A stretch of 63,774 nucleotides of DNA, filler included, from Syncephalis fuscata S228 (GCA_025786725.1; 5 parts of 5 records of this genome joined end to end with filler, not necessarily neighbours in it); one strand, 5' to 3'. Shown: positions 1 through 13,300, numbered from the whole stretch's first letter. The notes: generated by a model not told the origin, from the sequence alone. Numbers and translations are program-made.

Positions 1-2
1 TT

Positions 3-1175
3 CTGGCTAACCGCATGCCTCTTGCATCCAGCTTCTTTATCAATTACCTGTTGCTTCAGAGTTTGTCGGGCGCAGCCAAGGAGTTGCTTATGGTTGTCCC
101 ATTTGTCCTCAAGTGGATCAAACGGCGTGCTTTAGTTAAGACGCCTCGTCATATTTGGGAGCTGAAGGCAATGCCATCAATATCTTGGGGCCAAACAGTT
201 CCACAGCACACGCTTGTATTTGTCATTGGTATGACTTACTCTGTTATTGCACCACTTGTGCTTCCATTCGCTCTGCTCTACTTTGTCTTTTACTATATCG
301 TCTATCGTTACCAGTTCCTTTACATTCTTGATCAGCCATCACACGCAGAATTGGGCGGACGTGCCTTTACCATTACCGTGTCCCATATCTTTGTCGGTCT
401 ATACATTTCTGAACTTACAATGCTGGGGATTTTCATTTTGAACAAAAATGTTGCTCAGCTTGTATTGATGTTTTTCCCGATTGTTGCTACAATCATTGTT
501 AATCTGTATATCGAACATGCCTTCCGCGATCTTTTGACATATGTACCTGTGGAGACATTGCTTAAGGCCGACCGTGGCGGCAGTATGCCTATTGCAAAAG
601 TTGCTACTGCTGCAACGACTCCAGTCGCTACTGAGTTCAAACACCCAGCACTCAAGTTCTCCTCGACCCATTTGAGCGATGGTACCTGTCTTGAAGAAGG
701 TAGAGACAGCCAAAACAACGACGAGCCGACTACTGCATTGCTAGGACAGAACGATGGCTCAGGACTCGTTAAAGTTAGCCGTGAAACTTATTTGCATCCT
801 GCGCTTAGTCGTCCATGTCCTGTTATCTGGCTGCCCAACGACAAAAAGGGCCATGCATTGAATGAACAAAATGAGTTATTAAATATGGGCATTATTGCCA
901 GTGTGGACGGTGCTATTGTGCGCGATAGTGGCAAGGTCGGTCTTGTTATCGATGATGTGCCATTGGCCGATGAAGATAAAGCAATTGAGAAGTTAAAACG
1001 TCGTGTTCCATCCATGAAAAAGGATTTTGCAGATTTTGGCAACCATCCTGGACAAAGCAGCCATCAAGAATCTCACACCGAAACAACGACAACTCGACGA
1101 ACAGAGCGTGGGTCTAATGGCGAGCAGATTATTATCGAAGAAACCGTCACCACAACGACTGGCTCGAACCATTAA
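3..1175 (+). CDS. CSC1/OSCA/TMEM63 (DUF221, RSN1/PHM7-type) calcium-permeable channel, 5'-truncated C-terminal part
   Basis: Translation contains LANRMPLASSFFINYLLLQ, 'IGMTYSVIAPLVLPFALLYF..YRYQFLYI', 'GGRAF..VSHIFVGLYISEL', and the PHM7_ext-type 'YLHPAL..PVIWLPND' tail. Confidence 0.92.
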   Translation: MANRMPLASSFFINYLLLQSLSGAAKELLMVVPFVLKWIKRRALVKTPRHIWELKAMPSISWGQTVPQHTLVFVIGMTYSVIAPLVLPFALLYFVFYYIVYRYQFLYILDQPSHAELGGRAFTITVSHIFVGLYISELTMLGIFILNKNVAQLVLMFFPIVATIIVNLYIEHAFRDLLTYVPVETLLKADRGGSMPIAKVATAATTPVATEFKHPALKFSSTHLSDGTCLEEGRDSQNNDEPTTALLGQNDGSGLVKVSRETYLHPALSRPCPVIWLPNDKKGHALNEQNELLNMGIIASVDGAIVRDSGKVGLVIDDVPLADEDKAIEKLKRRVPSMKKDFADFGNHPGQSSHQESHTETTTTRRTERGSNGEQIIIEETVTTTTGSNH

Positions 1176-1420
1176 TTATTTAGTATTTTCTAGTTAATAA
1201 ATGATAATTATTACAGCATAGTTAAACAGATTGAAATATGTTATATTCCAATTGAATACCTTAAAATTCATAATATCTAGCGAAAGTAGAGTAATATGAC
1301 TACAGATAATGTCCTATAATGATGCTTTATTTTTAATGATATAGCGTTTATTTTTTTATTCAATTTCATTATATTTATTATACTGGTGAACACGTTCTAT
1401 GATAATGGCTATTGGTGTTG

Positions 1421-2200
1421 AATGACTTTTATTTTTAATGTATTCATTGCTTCACTTGTTGTTCTATGATGTACCAACATGTTGGATAGATTAACTTTTA
1501 TTATTCGCGCTTTGCTTGTTAATTTATTTAAATGCGCGTTTCATAAGTATTGGCTGACGTCCACAACTGATAATCTACGCCATTACACTTTTCCCTCCCT
1601 CTCTTTACACTTGATAATATTTATTCAATAATACACATTTAAACTCTATCCATTACCAAAAGTTTACTAAACGACTTGCTTGTTATGAATCGCTATTGTT
1701 TACTGTACGCCATTACCAGTTCGCCAACTGCTTTCTTTTTGCCTTTACTCTCTTCTGTCCTTTGGACAATCTTAAGTATCAGTACTTCCTAAACACCAGT
1801 GTTTGTAGTGCAGCAATTAGCATTAGTTATAACGTACCTGGCTCTGTAGACTGTAGTCATTGGTGTCAGGAATAAGGTACGTGCTCTTTATTGCACTGCC
1901 TATTTTAAACTGATACTGTGACTAGCACTAATGTTTGTGACTAGTCTTTAACTGCACAGTCTTTGGTATGTTTATCAAGCTACATTTAAAGCATTACTAC
2001 TTTTCTGAAGCTTCAAATAGATATTAATGTATTTTATTGAACAAAGTATTATTTACAAATAACGATGATACCATATAAATAGGCATAGACGTTTTATTAA
2101 TCAGTTGTTTGACAATAGTACAGACAGCTAGCAATACACCGTTAATTCGTATGTTGGTATTGCCACGTAATAAAGTTTTACTTTTCTCGGCTCAAACTAT
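1421..2200 (+). repeat. Inverted repeat IR1, left arm (~780 bp)
   Basis: Reverse complement of 9542-10322. Mismatches were seen only near the edges (~1425, ~2152, ~2196). Confidence 0.95.
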
Positions 2201-2665
2201 ATATAGTTGCTCCGCAGACAAATATGGGTGTGAAATTCAACATTGTTACCAAGAAGCAGTTCTGGCATTGTACTAATGTTATATCCATTAACTCTGATAA
2301 TTCTAACGCGTATGCCTATTATTAATAAACAAATTAATTTATATACACATTTAATAAATACCTATAGACTGTAACTATGTACAATGTTCATGGTAAATAA
2401 CGGTAACCGCCTTCATACATTGCTTCAACTAACTGGATCTTCAGTGGGATATACCATTATAAATAATAACCGGTATTTGGAAACATTATCTCAAAAAGTA
2501 GGCATACTCCTATTGCTACCTCCGGCAAAGGAGATTTACTACTAACAACGAATGGGCGAGGATCACATGGAACTTGACTAAAGACCGGTTTTTGACCTAT
2601 AAAATAAATGCTGCATAGCGCAAAGCAGAATGACAGTTTATTCCTTCTTACTATCATTTCTAATT

Positions 2666-3055
2666 ATGGCTCATAGCTATTTCTTATATAGGCCAGCAAC
2701 CTATCTATGTCTATTGCTTATGCTCGGTCTATTATCATCTACCAGCGCTTATCCAACATCAAACACTCACAACATCGAGAACCCATCGACCGAGTTTAGA
2801 TATTTTGATATCCAATCTAATCATTACGATTATACTCGTGTACTCAGCGCATCGCATACGAGAGGAGAATCCGATGAAGGGGGGGATTCAGAAAAAACAA
2901 AGCAAAGCAATAATACAGCTGTAAAACATCAATATGTCAAAAGATCGCGTGAACTAAAACCGGAAGGAGGACGGAGAGTCGAAGAAAGTTCATTTAGAAA
3001 TGGTAAAGATCGAGATACACGACCACCGGGTGGTTCAAGTGGACTTAGAGCCTAG
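2666..3055 (+). CDS. Small secreted protein / peptide precursor (~129 aa)
   Basis: N-terminal signal peptide (…LCLLLMLGLLSSTSA|YP), hydrophilic body, dibasic VKR site before a 37-aa C-terminal segment, TATAAAA at ~2599. The in-frame upstream ATG at 2630 is an alternative start. Confidence 0.6.
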   Translation: MAHSYFLYRPATYLCLLLMLGLLSSTSAYPTSNTHNIENPSTEFRYFDIQSNHYDYTRVLSASHTRGESDEGGDSEKTKQSNNTAVKHQYVKRSRELKPEGGRRVEESSFRNGKDRDTRPPGGSSGLRA

Positions 3056-3211
3056 TTAAAGTATACAAAAAAATAACCAAATATTTTTGATTCAAATCCA
3101 GTAAATTAAAAATATACATTACTTGTTTGAAAGTAAATACCATAGCTATAATCAAATATATTTTAATTCGTTAAATAATTAATAAAATCTACTTAGTAGT
3201 AAAATATTAGT

Positions 3212-5490
3212 TTAGCACAATTGGTGTTCTAAATCTGATGAAGGATTCGATGTAACTGAAACTGAAGGTTGCATATCAAGTGCGACTGTTTCGTCAATCG
3301 TAGCATCTACCGTTGGATGGGGGTGCTTGAAGTGTTGTGGTAGATTATATCCGTGTGTTGGCATGCTGGCCATAGCCGATACTATGGGTGTCATAGGATA
3401 TACAGGATGATAGTACGTGGGCTGGGTTGTATTTGTTGTAGTGTTTGTCGTATTAGCAACGGCCATGGCAGTTGGCGGATAATGATTAAAATTCATGTGC
3501 ATTGGCATATAATAGGACGGTACAGGCAGTGAATGGGGATGGACTGGTATATAGGCTGGATGTTGCATTGGTGATATAGGAAACTGAGACATCATTGGCG
3601 CGGATAAGTGTGCCATAGTAGCAGGTGGCTGTAATGAGTTAGGATAGTGTGCATAGAATACAGATGTGTTAATATCGGATGATGTTGCTGAATCGGTTGG
3701 TGCCATCGAAGGAGCACTCCAATGGCCATTTAAACGTATCGCCTCTATGGCATTAACTAACTGCTCTTCGCTTGAACGGGTAGATGGCTCGACGATAGGC
3801 CATGCTGTTCCATCATTCGACAAAACAGGCGATTGCTCTGCGTACTGATGAGACAATGGGCTGTTAGCATAGTTAATTTGTAGTGCATTATACGCAAATG
3901 ACATATGAATACGTGCTGCATCGGATAGATGCTCATTTCGGCCTATTCGCCAATTCGCTCTGTTTGCCTCGTTGACATAATACGGTATCCGTGTATCGGC
4001 TGTATTTAAAGACAAGATTGTAGCATCATTTTGAGATATTGTACCATTGGTGGTTGGTAAATGTTTTACAAATGCATACCGGTCGTATCGCACATGCAAC
4101 AAATTGCCATCTAGAACATAGCCATTGAACAATTCAATGGCCATTCTAGCCTCTTCGGGTGACGCAAATAGTACCGTGCCAAACCGGCGGCTTTGTCCAT
4201 TAGGCAATGATAAAATATTAGCTCGTATGACTTGGCCAGCTTGGGAGAATAGCTGTTTTAATTCCTGCCACCGATAAATGATGGGTAGGTTATTTACGTA
4301 AATTTGTGGCTCGTGAAATTGATTTGATCTCTCAGGCATCATAACTGTTGTATTTGCTGTTGTAGTAAATGGTAGTCCCATTTTTTTGGTAGGACGACCA
4401 CCGCTTCTTCGTTGACGACGATGCGGCAAAGGTATGACAGGAACACCCTCAGGTGGCGCATAGTCAATAAAATTTACATCCTCTCTTATTTTTATTTGTT
4501 GCCCATTCCATTCATAGTTGTGAAACATTTCTAGTGTTCAAGTTATTAGTAATACAGCAGCTTGTTAGCCAACACGTACCAATGGCATTTTTGGCATCAC
4601 GACGAGAGGCAAATAGTACAACACCACTATGCCGTGGGTTCTGTTTTGTTTTAGCAGCAATATCCGTTCTTAATACTGTGCCTATTACATTGTAACAATT
4701 AATCGTCAGTATCAATTGCTTATTCAATTAATTACCTGCTTGGAAAAATATATCTTTTAAGTCTTGCCAACGCACCCAGTCTGGAAGCTAGTTATTACTA
4801 TTTAGCTTAAATCCATTAACTCAGCGCCACAGCGTCTTACATTGTCCACATAGAACTGTCGCTTGATTGGGATGGTTTCATCGCCAATCTTTACAACATT
4901 CTCCACCAGCTCGTTAATATGGTTCAATTTACTCTAATAAATTATTATTTACATCTTAACCTGAAATACTATCATTGACACTTACCCGGCTAACTTGAAT
5001 TCTCTGCCCTTTCCACAAATAATTGTGAAATGTATCTATACAAGCAATTACTATCGCTAACGTCGTACTTGGTCAACTACTAACCAACAGCAGCCTGAGC
5101 ATCTTGCTCGCTTGCATAAATCACAACGCCGTGTGCATGTGACTTTCCCGTTTGGTCACGCATCACTTCTACTCGCAGGATGTGACCTGTTCCACCAAAC
5201 AGCTCCTATTGGTCATGTCATTATTTTGGATAAAGCGATAGGTATGTGCACAATACCTTGACATCTTGCCACGCCACTTTAGTAGCAACCATGACCAGTA
5301 TTAGTATACAACGTTACAAAAATTCTTCTGTCAACATCCAATATCCAGTATTTAATATCTATCGCCTACCTGTCAAAGGTAACTAATTATTGATCGCTTC
5401 GTACACACGCCAATAAAACATGTTGCGCCAGACTAAATAGCAACTTACATGGTTTACAAACACTTGCTGCTCCAGTGTATCTTTGGTCAT
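3212..5490 (-). CDS. Gbp2/Hrb1-like (hnRNP-M-type) multi-RRM RNA-binding protein with P/H/M-rich tail, multi-exon
   Basis: Three RRM repeats with the 'WQDLKDIF..AG.V.R.DI' signature (VAWQDVK, VRWQDLKDIF, YRWQELKQLFSQAG) and RNP1-like G.V.FAS. ATG at 5490 (MTKDTLEQQVFVN). Many ~50-60-bp introns. Confidence 0.8.
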
Positions 5491-6064
5491 ATTCGCCTAG
5501 AGTATACGATGCTAACAACTTAAAGGCCAAGCGAAAAGAAGCAAAAGAGAAAAGACAAAGAATATAAAGGTAAAGGCACTAGTAGTTAGGAAAAATGCAA
5601 ATGCAGTTCAAAAGTATTTAGTAGTCGCTAGTAATAAAAGTAACAATAGTCGAGCAGTGAAGGCGGGAGCCGCCAAGCATTTAAATGAGAAAGAATTTTG
5701 GTCAATGTACATGAACAAACGGTTGACAACATGTTTCTTGCCATTGTTATTATTATTGCTATTGTTATTATTGTTATCATTGCTATTGTTGTTATTAATA
5801 ATATTAATATTTATTGTTATAAATATGACTGTTCTTATTATAATTTTATTATTAATACACTTGATTGTTATTATAATTGTGACAAAGGGCCTTGAAAATC
5901 AAGGCTTTAATTATCCGATCCATCTAAATATGTATTTTACTAGATTCAGTTACAATACACCATACACACAATAATTAATGATAGATTACCCCAAAGTTCT
6001 AGTTTTATTCTTCACTTGTAGGTAATTCTCATCATTCTACAGCTTTACTTCTTGGCTATTAAGC

Positions 6065-9000
6065 ATGTCTGACCCACCAGAAGTGCTCCTAGAGCAGGAG
6101 ACGCTCGATGAGATGATCACAAAGAATCCGACGACTATAGCTGAAAGACGAACGGCTGTTGAATCGCTATTAGCCGCGGTTTCTGACGACGCGCACTCCA
6201 CGCCACCCAGCTCCTATTCATCTGTCGGGTCACCTATGTTTTCTGAGGGCATTCCCTCCATGTCGAATGGAACACATGTACGCGGCCGTGATGAAGCCCA
6301 TAGTGATGACGACGACGAAGAGGAAGAAGAGAAAGGTGAAAAGTGTGACGACGGGGAAAATAGCGCGCCACTTGTTGATAGAGGTCGGCGTGTAGAAACT
6401 GTAGACGTACTGGCGACAAATAATGCAAACCATCAGACAGTGCAGCAACAAAACGCTTCATCAACCTTAGTAGCAGGTAAAAGCACTGCTACTACTGCAC
6501 CATCTTTACCTACAAATGGAACAGATACTACGACCAATACTGTTTCGAATGAAGAGACTAGCACAACAGATACTACTATCGCCAATCATAATCATCCTAA
6601 TAATAATACTATTGATGGTGCTGATACGCCTAAAAGTTCATCAATTTCGCTCACAGCGCCATTTTCATCAATTTTTGGAAGTAGTACGCGTACTTTGCCT
6701 ATTTCTCCACTGGCCCAACCACCAGCCAATGCTAGTCAATCAGATACGACACAGAATGGCGTGAATAATCAGCATCAGCAACAACAGCAATTGTATACAC
6801 CTGGATACCATCCAGCTGAATTAGTACATATGTCAATCTATGCTCCAAATCTCATTATATCTGAAGATAATACAAGTAATAATAATGAACATGGCAACGA
6901 GGATATATCTGAATTGGACAAAGAAGAACAACAAGAACGACAGCAGGTTATTTATTGTTATGACCGTGTTGATTTACTACCAGGCTCAACATTTAATGAT
7001 GGTAATAGTAGAAATGCAACATCACCTGTAGAAGGCTATAGTTTAGCTGATAAACAACAAAGACAATTATGGAATATGCGATTACGTAAAATTGGTCTTG
7101 CTCGTGCATTAGCCGAGTTTTGTGGGTAAGTTTGATGTATTATCAATAATCCATGTTGTATATAACTGTGTTGATCTATAGATCATTTACAGACCAGCCA
7201 TTTATAGATAATGTACATACACAGCGACATCGTTGGTCAGTAATTGAACTAGAACCTGGCTATTGGATACTAGCTGTAAGTAGAAATGAATAATTTAATT
7301 ATTACTGTTACTAAATAGTTTATTATTAATATAGGAAATTGCTCTTGGTCGTTATGTTCGACCATTACGTGATGATAAACATAAGTTTGAGGTTGAATAT
7401 TCGGAATCTTCGGTTGATGATGCTTGTGTTCGTGAAATACTTTTAAATGGCTATCAATCGTTTAAGGTAGATTATAAGTGTTTAATTCATTAACTTAATT
7501 TATTAATTTATTATTATTATTGTTGTTGTTATTATTATTCAGCTGCACTATGGTCTAATTAATAATATATTGACACAACAAGGCCGTATTTCATTGAATC
7601 GACAGCTAATTACTCATTTTGATGCAGCAATTACTGAATGGAACTTTGATCGTCGAGATATTTACGCAGCCTTGAATGGTAATATCCATACTGGTAATAA
7701 TAGCTAGTTGATTGATATTTTATTAGGTATTGACTATGCACCTATGTCAAGAACATCGCGGCTATCAGTTGATCAGCTGCTGGTTGATATACGTACTAGA
7801 TTGGATCAAGTCAACCACACTATGTTATTATGGCGAGATACATTGGTGTCATCGGATATCAATGATATACAAGATACACGTACATTATGGCACTATTTAG
7901 TTGATAAATATGTACCGACTAAGGAGTTAAATGATACTAAAGCAGGCTATAGACGTGGTCGAAAGATGGCTAAGAAGATACCTGTAACTGAACAAGCTTA
8001 CAGTAATGGAAATGAGGTACTAAATAACAATAATAATAATAGCAATAATATATATATCAATTAAACAATATTAATAATACTAATTTATTTTATAAAGTCA
8101 ACGAATAGTTTATATTCATTTTGGCAATCTAGTAATTTTCTCAAAACAATTACTCCTTCCTTTTGGACACGTAATGTTACTGGTGAACCGACAATTGATG
8201 CTATAGCTTCAGCAACAATCAATGATTTTGACAAAGAATTAAATGGGTCCAACGAGCGTGATAATGCAGATAGTCACGAAGATGATGACGACGATGAAGG
8301 AACATCGAGTGCCGTAACAAGCCCCGCACTGAGTCGTGAGGCCAGTGAAGGTGGTGTTAGTAGTGATCGAGCGGGATCAACTTTACTACTATCATCTAAT
8401 GCTGCTTCGAATTCTCTACCATCTATAACAACGATAACCAATGGAGTCACTTTACTGGGCCAGTTTCTTACCGGTCCACTCAAACTGAAGGAGACAAAGA
8501 GGGTGACAGAGTCAGAGACAGATGGCGTAAAAGAACAGGATGAGTCATTAGATAGTAATGGCTTGCAAGATGCGCCGCCAATTGTTTATATTGGATCACC
8601 TGCAGAAGCACATCATCTTATTATTTATCAGGTAAATTAGCTTTTATTTATTAGTATATAATCATTAATGATGTATTGTAAATTAATAGTATCCACCGGA
8701 ATTACTACTTGTTATGCTTATTCCAGTAGCTCAAGCACCACAACTGACGGCGATTGAGTTCTACCGTACTCTACGCGATCATATGGCAGCGCTAGTTGAA
8801 GCCGTCCATTACCGTATGGCACACGAACGACGTGGCGTTGAGCGAGTTTAGTAAGTAGCTAAATAGACCATATAAGTATATCAATCTAATACGTGTTTGC
8901 TATTGGTTTACAGTGCTGATCGAGTTAAAAATTATCGATTTGCCTATCTTGACCGACAATCGTTGGCGTTCCGATCAACGTTGTCAGCACGCCGTATACG

Positions 9001-9352
9001 CGGTGACGTACGCGAGTGCCTTTTAAGGATGCATGAGACGTTTGAGCGGTAATTATCAAATATTATTATAGGTTTACAACTAATTTTCTATATTGGGTAC
9101 ACTTTATAGTGATGAAAATATTCGCGAGCTATGTGATCGATTATCTATTAGTAGTCGTTGGATATTAGCACGTCGGGACGCTCGACGAGAAGTCTATTTT
9201 ATTGTTGATCGCAAAGATGCTACACTTGTTCATGTAGAAGGTAAGAGGCAATAGTATAAGCTAGAAAGTAAAGTAATACTGTTTTATTTTATTTAGAGGA
9301 ATTTCGTCGATTATCGGCAGTTGATCTTGGTCAGATTGTTATGGATCGTTAA
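6065..9352 (+). CDS. CCZ1: Vacuolar fusion protein Ccz1-like (Mon1-Ccz1 GEF subunit), multi-exon, long low-complexity N-terminus
   Basis: Longin-1 motifs 'VIYCY..RLRKIGLARALAEFC' and 'VHTQRHRWSVIELEPGYWILA'. C-terminal 'WILARRDARREVYFIVDRKDATLVHVEEEFRRL'. Stop at 9350-9352. Confidence 0.8.
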
Positions 9353-9541
9353 TATGTTGATATTAGATGTCACGTAGTAATGTATATGTTTTTGTCTCTT
9401 TCTATGTGTACGTGTATCTGATGTACTTTATGTTTTATTATTATTTAAACAAACTCTAATACTATGAATATGAGCAACAATATTAATATTTTGTATTTGA
9501 ATATATACACCAAGGTAGTTTTCAGAGTTTTGACTAAACAG

Positions 9542-10322
9542 ATAGCTTGAGCCGAGAAAAGTAAAACTTTATTACGTGGCAATACCAACGTACGAATTAA
9601 CGGTGTATTGCTAGCTGTCTGTACTATTGTCAAACAACTGATTAATAAAACGTCTATGCCTATTTATATGGTATCATCGTTATTTGTAAATAATACTTTG
9701 TTCAATAAAATACATTAATATCTATTTGAAGCTTCAGAAAAGTAGTAATGCTTTAAATGTAGCTTGATAAACATACCAAAGACTGTGCAGTTAAAGACTA
9801 GTCACAAACATTAGTGCTAGTCACAGTATCAGTTTAAAATAGGCAGTGCAATAAAGAGCACGTACCTTATTCCTGACACCAATGACTACAGTCTACAGAG
9901 CCAGGTACGTTATAACTAATGCTAATTGCTGCACTACAAACACTGGTGTTTAGGAAGTACTGATACTTAAGATTGTCCAAAGGACAGAAGAGAGTAAAGG
10001 CAAAAAGAAAGCAGTTGGCGAACTGGTAATGGCGTACAGTAAACAATAGCGATTCATAACAAGCAAGTCGTTTAGTAAACTTTTGGTAATGGATAGAGTT
10101 TAAATGTGTATTATTGAATAAATATTATCAAGTGTAAAGAGAGGGAGGGAAAAGTGTAATGGCGTAGATTATCAGTTGTGGACGTCAGCCAATACTTATG
10201 AAACGCGCATTTAAATAAATTAACAAGCAAAGCGCGAATAATAAAAGTTAATCTATCCAACATGTTGGTACATCATAGAACAACAAGTGAAGCAATGAAT
10301 ACATTAAAAATAAAAGCCATTT
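9542..10322 (-). repeat. Inverted repeat IR1, right arm
   Basis: Reverse complement of 1421-2200. Confidence 0.95.
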
Positions 10323-10387
10323 TAATGATTAAAACATAGTCATTCATATATTACATAGAATCGTGTAGTAAATAGTCTATTAGTTAA

Positions 10388-13300
10388 TTAAAGTGGTCGT
10401 GTAGTTGAAGGCAAGACAGGTAGTGTCGGTACATCAACTCGATGAATAGCAATATATTGACGGCGACCCTTTTTACGCAGCTCTGCATCTTTACACGTCA
10501 CTGGAATACCAAGTGCTTGCATACGACGGCATTCTTGTTCGGCTCGACCCGCCTCGTCTTGCGGTATCCAAATGACGGGCGGTTGGCGTCGAAAGCGCGG
10601 TCGTGTGTATTGTTCACGTAGCGCGTCTTCTCCATCGTCGCTTTCCCAATGATGTCCCTCGGGATGGTATTGGTACTCGTCATCGTCCTCACCATCATCT
10701 TCTATCTCCATAGCAGATGAGTCATGGCGAGGACGGCGATGATGACGTGCATGGCGATGTCGCGGTGTTTGTTGATCGCCGGCCATACCCGATGGATCCA
10801 GAAACAGATTGGCATCTCTCTGACTTGGTGATTGTGCGTCCATAGGTGATAGCATCGCTGATCGTGGTGCTTTCCCGGGTATCCTAATGGTTAATGAATT
10901 TCGACGACTTCTACTGTGCGTTGGTGTTCCTTCTGCGTAATTGCCACTACGGCGCATCTCCATGCTCTGTTGTAATGCACGTTGTCGTTGCGGTGTCTCA
11001 GCTCCATTCGCATGGGAACGTATTGTGGTCCGTTGCTCTTCATTTCGTCCTGGCACCATAACAACATAAGATTGAGTAGCTGTTGTGGCTTGTTGGCCAG
11101 CTGCAGTACTGCTACTTGGTGCTAGGACATTAGATTCAGCTGTTAATGTTTCTGAAGTCTCTGGACGAGTAACAGTTGTTGTTTCGACTAGAATAGCGCC
11201 AGCATGAGGGAATAAACCATAGTTTGACATAGATGTTGTGTCTGTTGGTTCTCCTAATTGAGGTGATGTCGATGATGATGTTCTTGATGATCCTGATGTA
11301 TTTTTACGTCGATTCTGCGTATCGTGCAGCACTTCTAATCGAGCTGTAATCTCTGCTACAGTATCTTCTGTCGATTGTATTCTTGGTATTGACAACGTGT
11401 CATTATCGTTATCATTCAACAATAGCTGTTGCTGCTCTTCTTCTTCCGATACCATCGCGTTTTTCATCATTACTTCATCCATATTGTCCCATTCGCCCAT
11501 TTCTCCTTCAACGATCATTTCAATTTCGGCTGCTTCTTCTCGTGTACGTGCTTGCTGTTCTGCTCTTGATTGATTCCAGCTAGTATTCATTGAGGATTCT
11601 AATTCGCCCAGTTCATAGTCCATTTCATTCAACCGCTCTTTGTGCAAACGGTGTTTTGTCAGTTTGTTTGCTTCTGCCGCTGTCGACATAATTTGCTTTC
11701 CTGTCGCTTTGGTTGACGGTTTTTCTGTTGCCATTTCTAAAGATGAATGCTGACTTGGATGATGAAGTTTGCTGCCATTTTCGGAAAATACATTAATCAA
11801 ATCATGTACTTCCATGCTTGTAGTATGATCCATTGCACTAACAATACCAAGATTAATGCCTGGAATAGCGCCTTGTTCGGTAGAGCTTGGGCCCATATCC
11901 ATAATACCATCTCGTCCGTTGAATACGTCACTAAGCTGGCTTTGTTGGCCTACATTAAATGAATTGCTGCCGACATCGCCGTCGTAGCCTGACCGATCGC
12001 GTTCTGGTGATCGTAATCCGCGTAATTCTTGGTCCTCAACGTCGGCCAATAATTCCAAAGGAATGTACTCGATAAGCCCGGCCGTGCCCATACCAAATCC
12101 TTTATTCATGTAGACGTGGGCCATAATCGTAAAGGCCACCAATAGACCTTGCATTACGCTGAGCGCCACTTGCTCGCGTAAAATCATAATACCCATTAGT
12201 GTTAACTGTTGGATATAGATGCCAGCAAAAATATGCGAAATTGCTTTGGGAAAGGCACGTGCTGCCGAGCCACGATGGGAAGCGTAGACGTAGAGAAATT
12301 GATATCGGAATACAACATGGTGCAGTGTAAAGTATATAACAACAAATGGTAGAATAAGTGGTGCAATTGTTGAATAAACATAGCCTATACAATCAATTGC
12401 AATTAGTTATCATTAATAAATTTGCTTTTTGTTTACTTACCAGTACAAAAAATAAACGCAGCATTTGGATAAATACGACCCCATTCCATCTCAGGCAGTC
12501 GTCGTCGCTGTAGAACTTTACGCGGCGTGTCGAATTTAGTAAATGGTCGGCGTGACCATCGTACAAATAGTGTTGGGATTCTTAATAGCTCTTTAGCTGA
12601 TCCAAATAAAGCTAGTAGTAATACATAATTAATAAAAAAGGTGGATGAATTTGGCATGGCCCGCGCAAGAATAGTCAAAGTCAACGTGGGCTCATTAAGA
12701 ATCGATGATAACGCGGTAAAAATACCCGTGGCAAATGTGCCCACCAATAAAATATTAACTATCTGTAGTAAATGGAGTTAGTAGTGCTATGGTTACTTAT
12801 CTAAATCATTACCTGGAAAAGGAAATAACGCTGCATTAATGTAAGATAAACTCGCGAATAAAGTGGTATACCCTCGAAAATCGATAAGACTGTATATTAT
12901 TATTGATATTGTTATCATTAGTCGTAAATAATAATAAATTAATTACTTACAATAAAGAATGTACGGCACAAAAGCCATTAAAAAAAAGATAATTACTTGC
13001 GGTACAATGCCTTCAATAAAACCCAATATTGGCTTGGGCAGATTTAGAAGCGGTTTAAGAAAGGGTAGAACACCCGAAAGCGACGACAATGTTGCAACAG
13101 AACTAGTTAACGTAACTAAACACCAGATTTGTTAGTCTACTTTTCTATTCATGTTATTAATAGCACTTTAATTACCTAAAGCGGCCCAAAAAAGCGTAAG
13201 AAAAAAGCTGGCCGAGAAACTAATGCCCTTGCGTATCCATCGCTCCCATCTTAGTACGCGTAGGTTTCTCCATAAAACATCCTCGGCTCTTACGCCAACA

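Noticed and set aside
5657-5974. Poly-Leu/Ile hydrophobic ORFs
   Set aside because: Product of (TTA/TTG)n low-complexity DNA in the divergent promoter region between the RRM gene and CCZ1.
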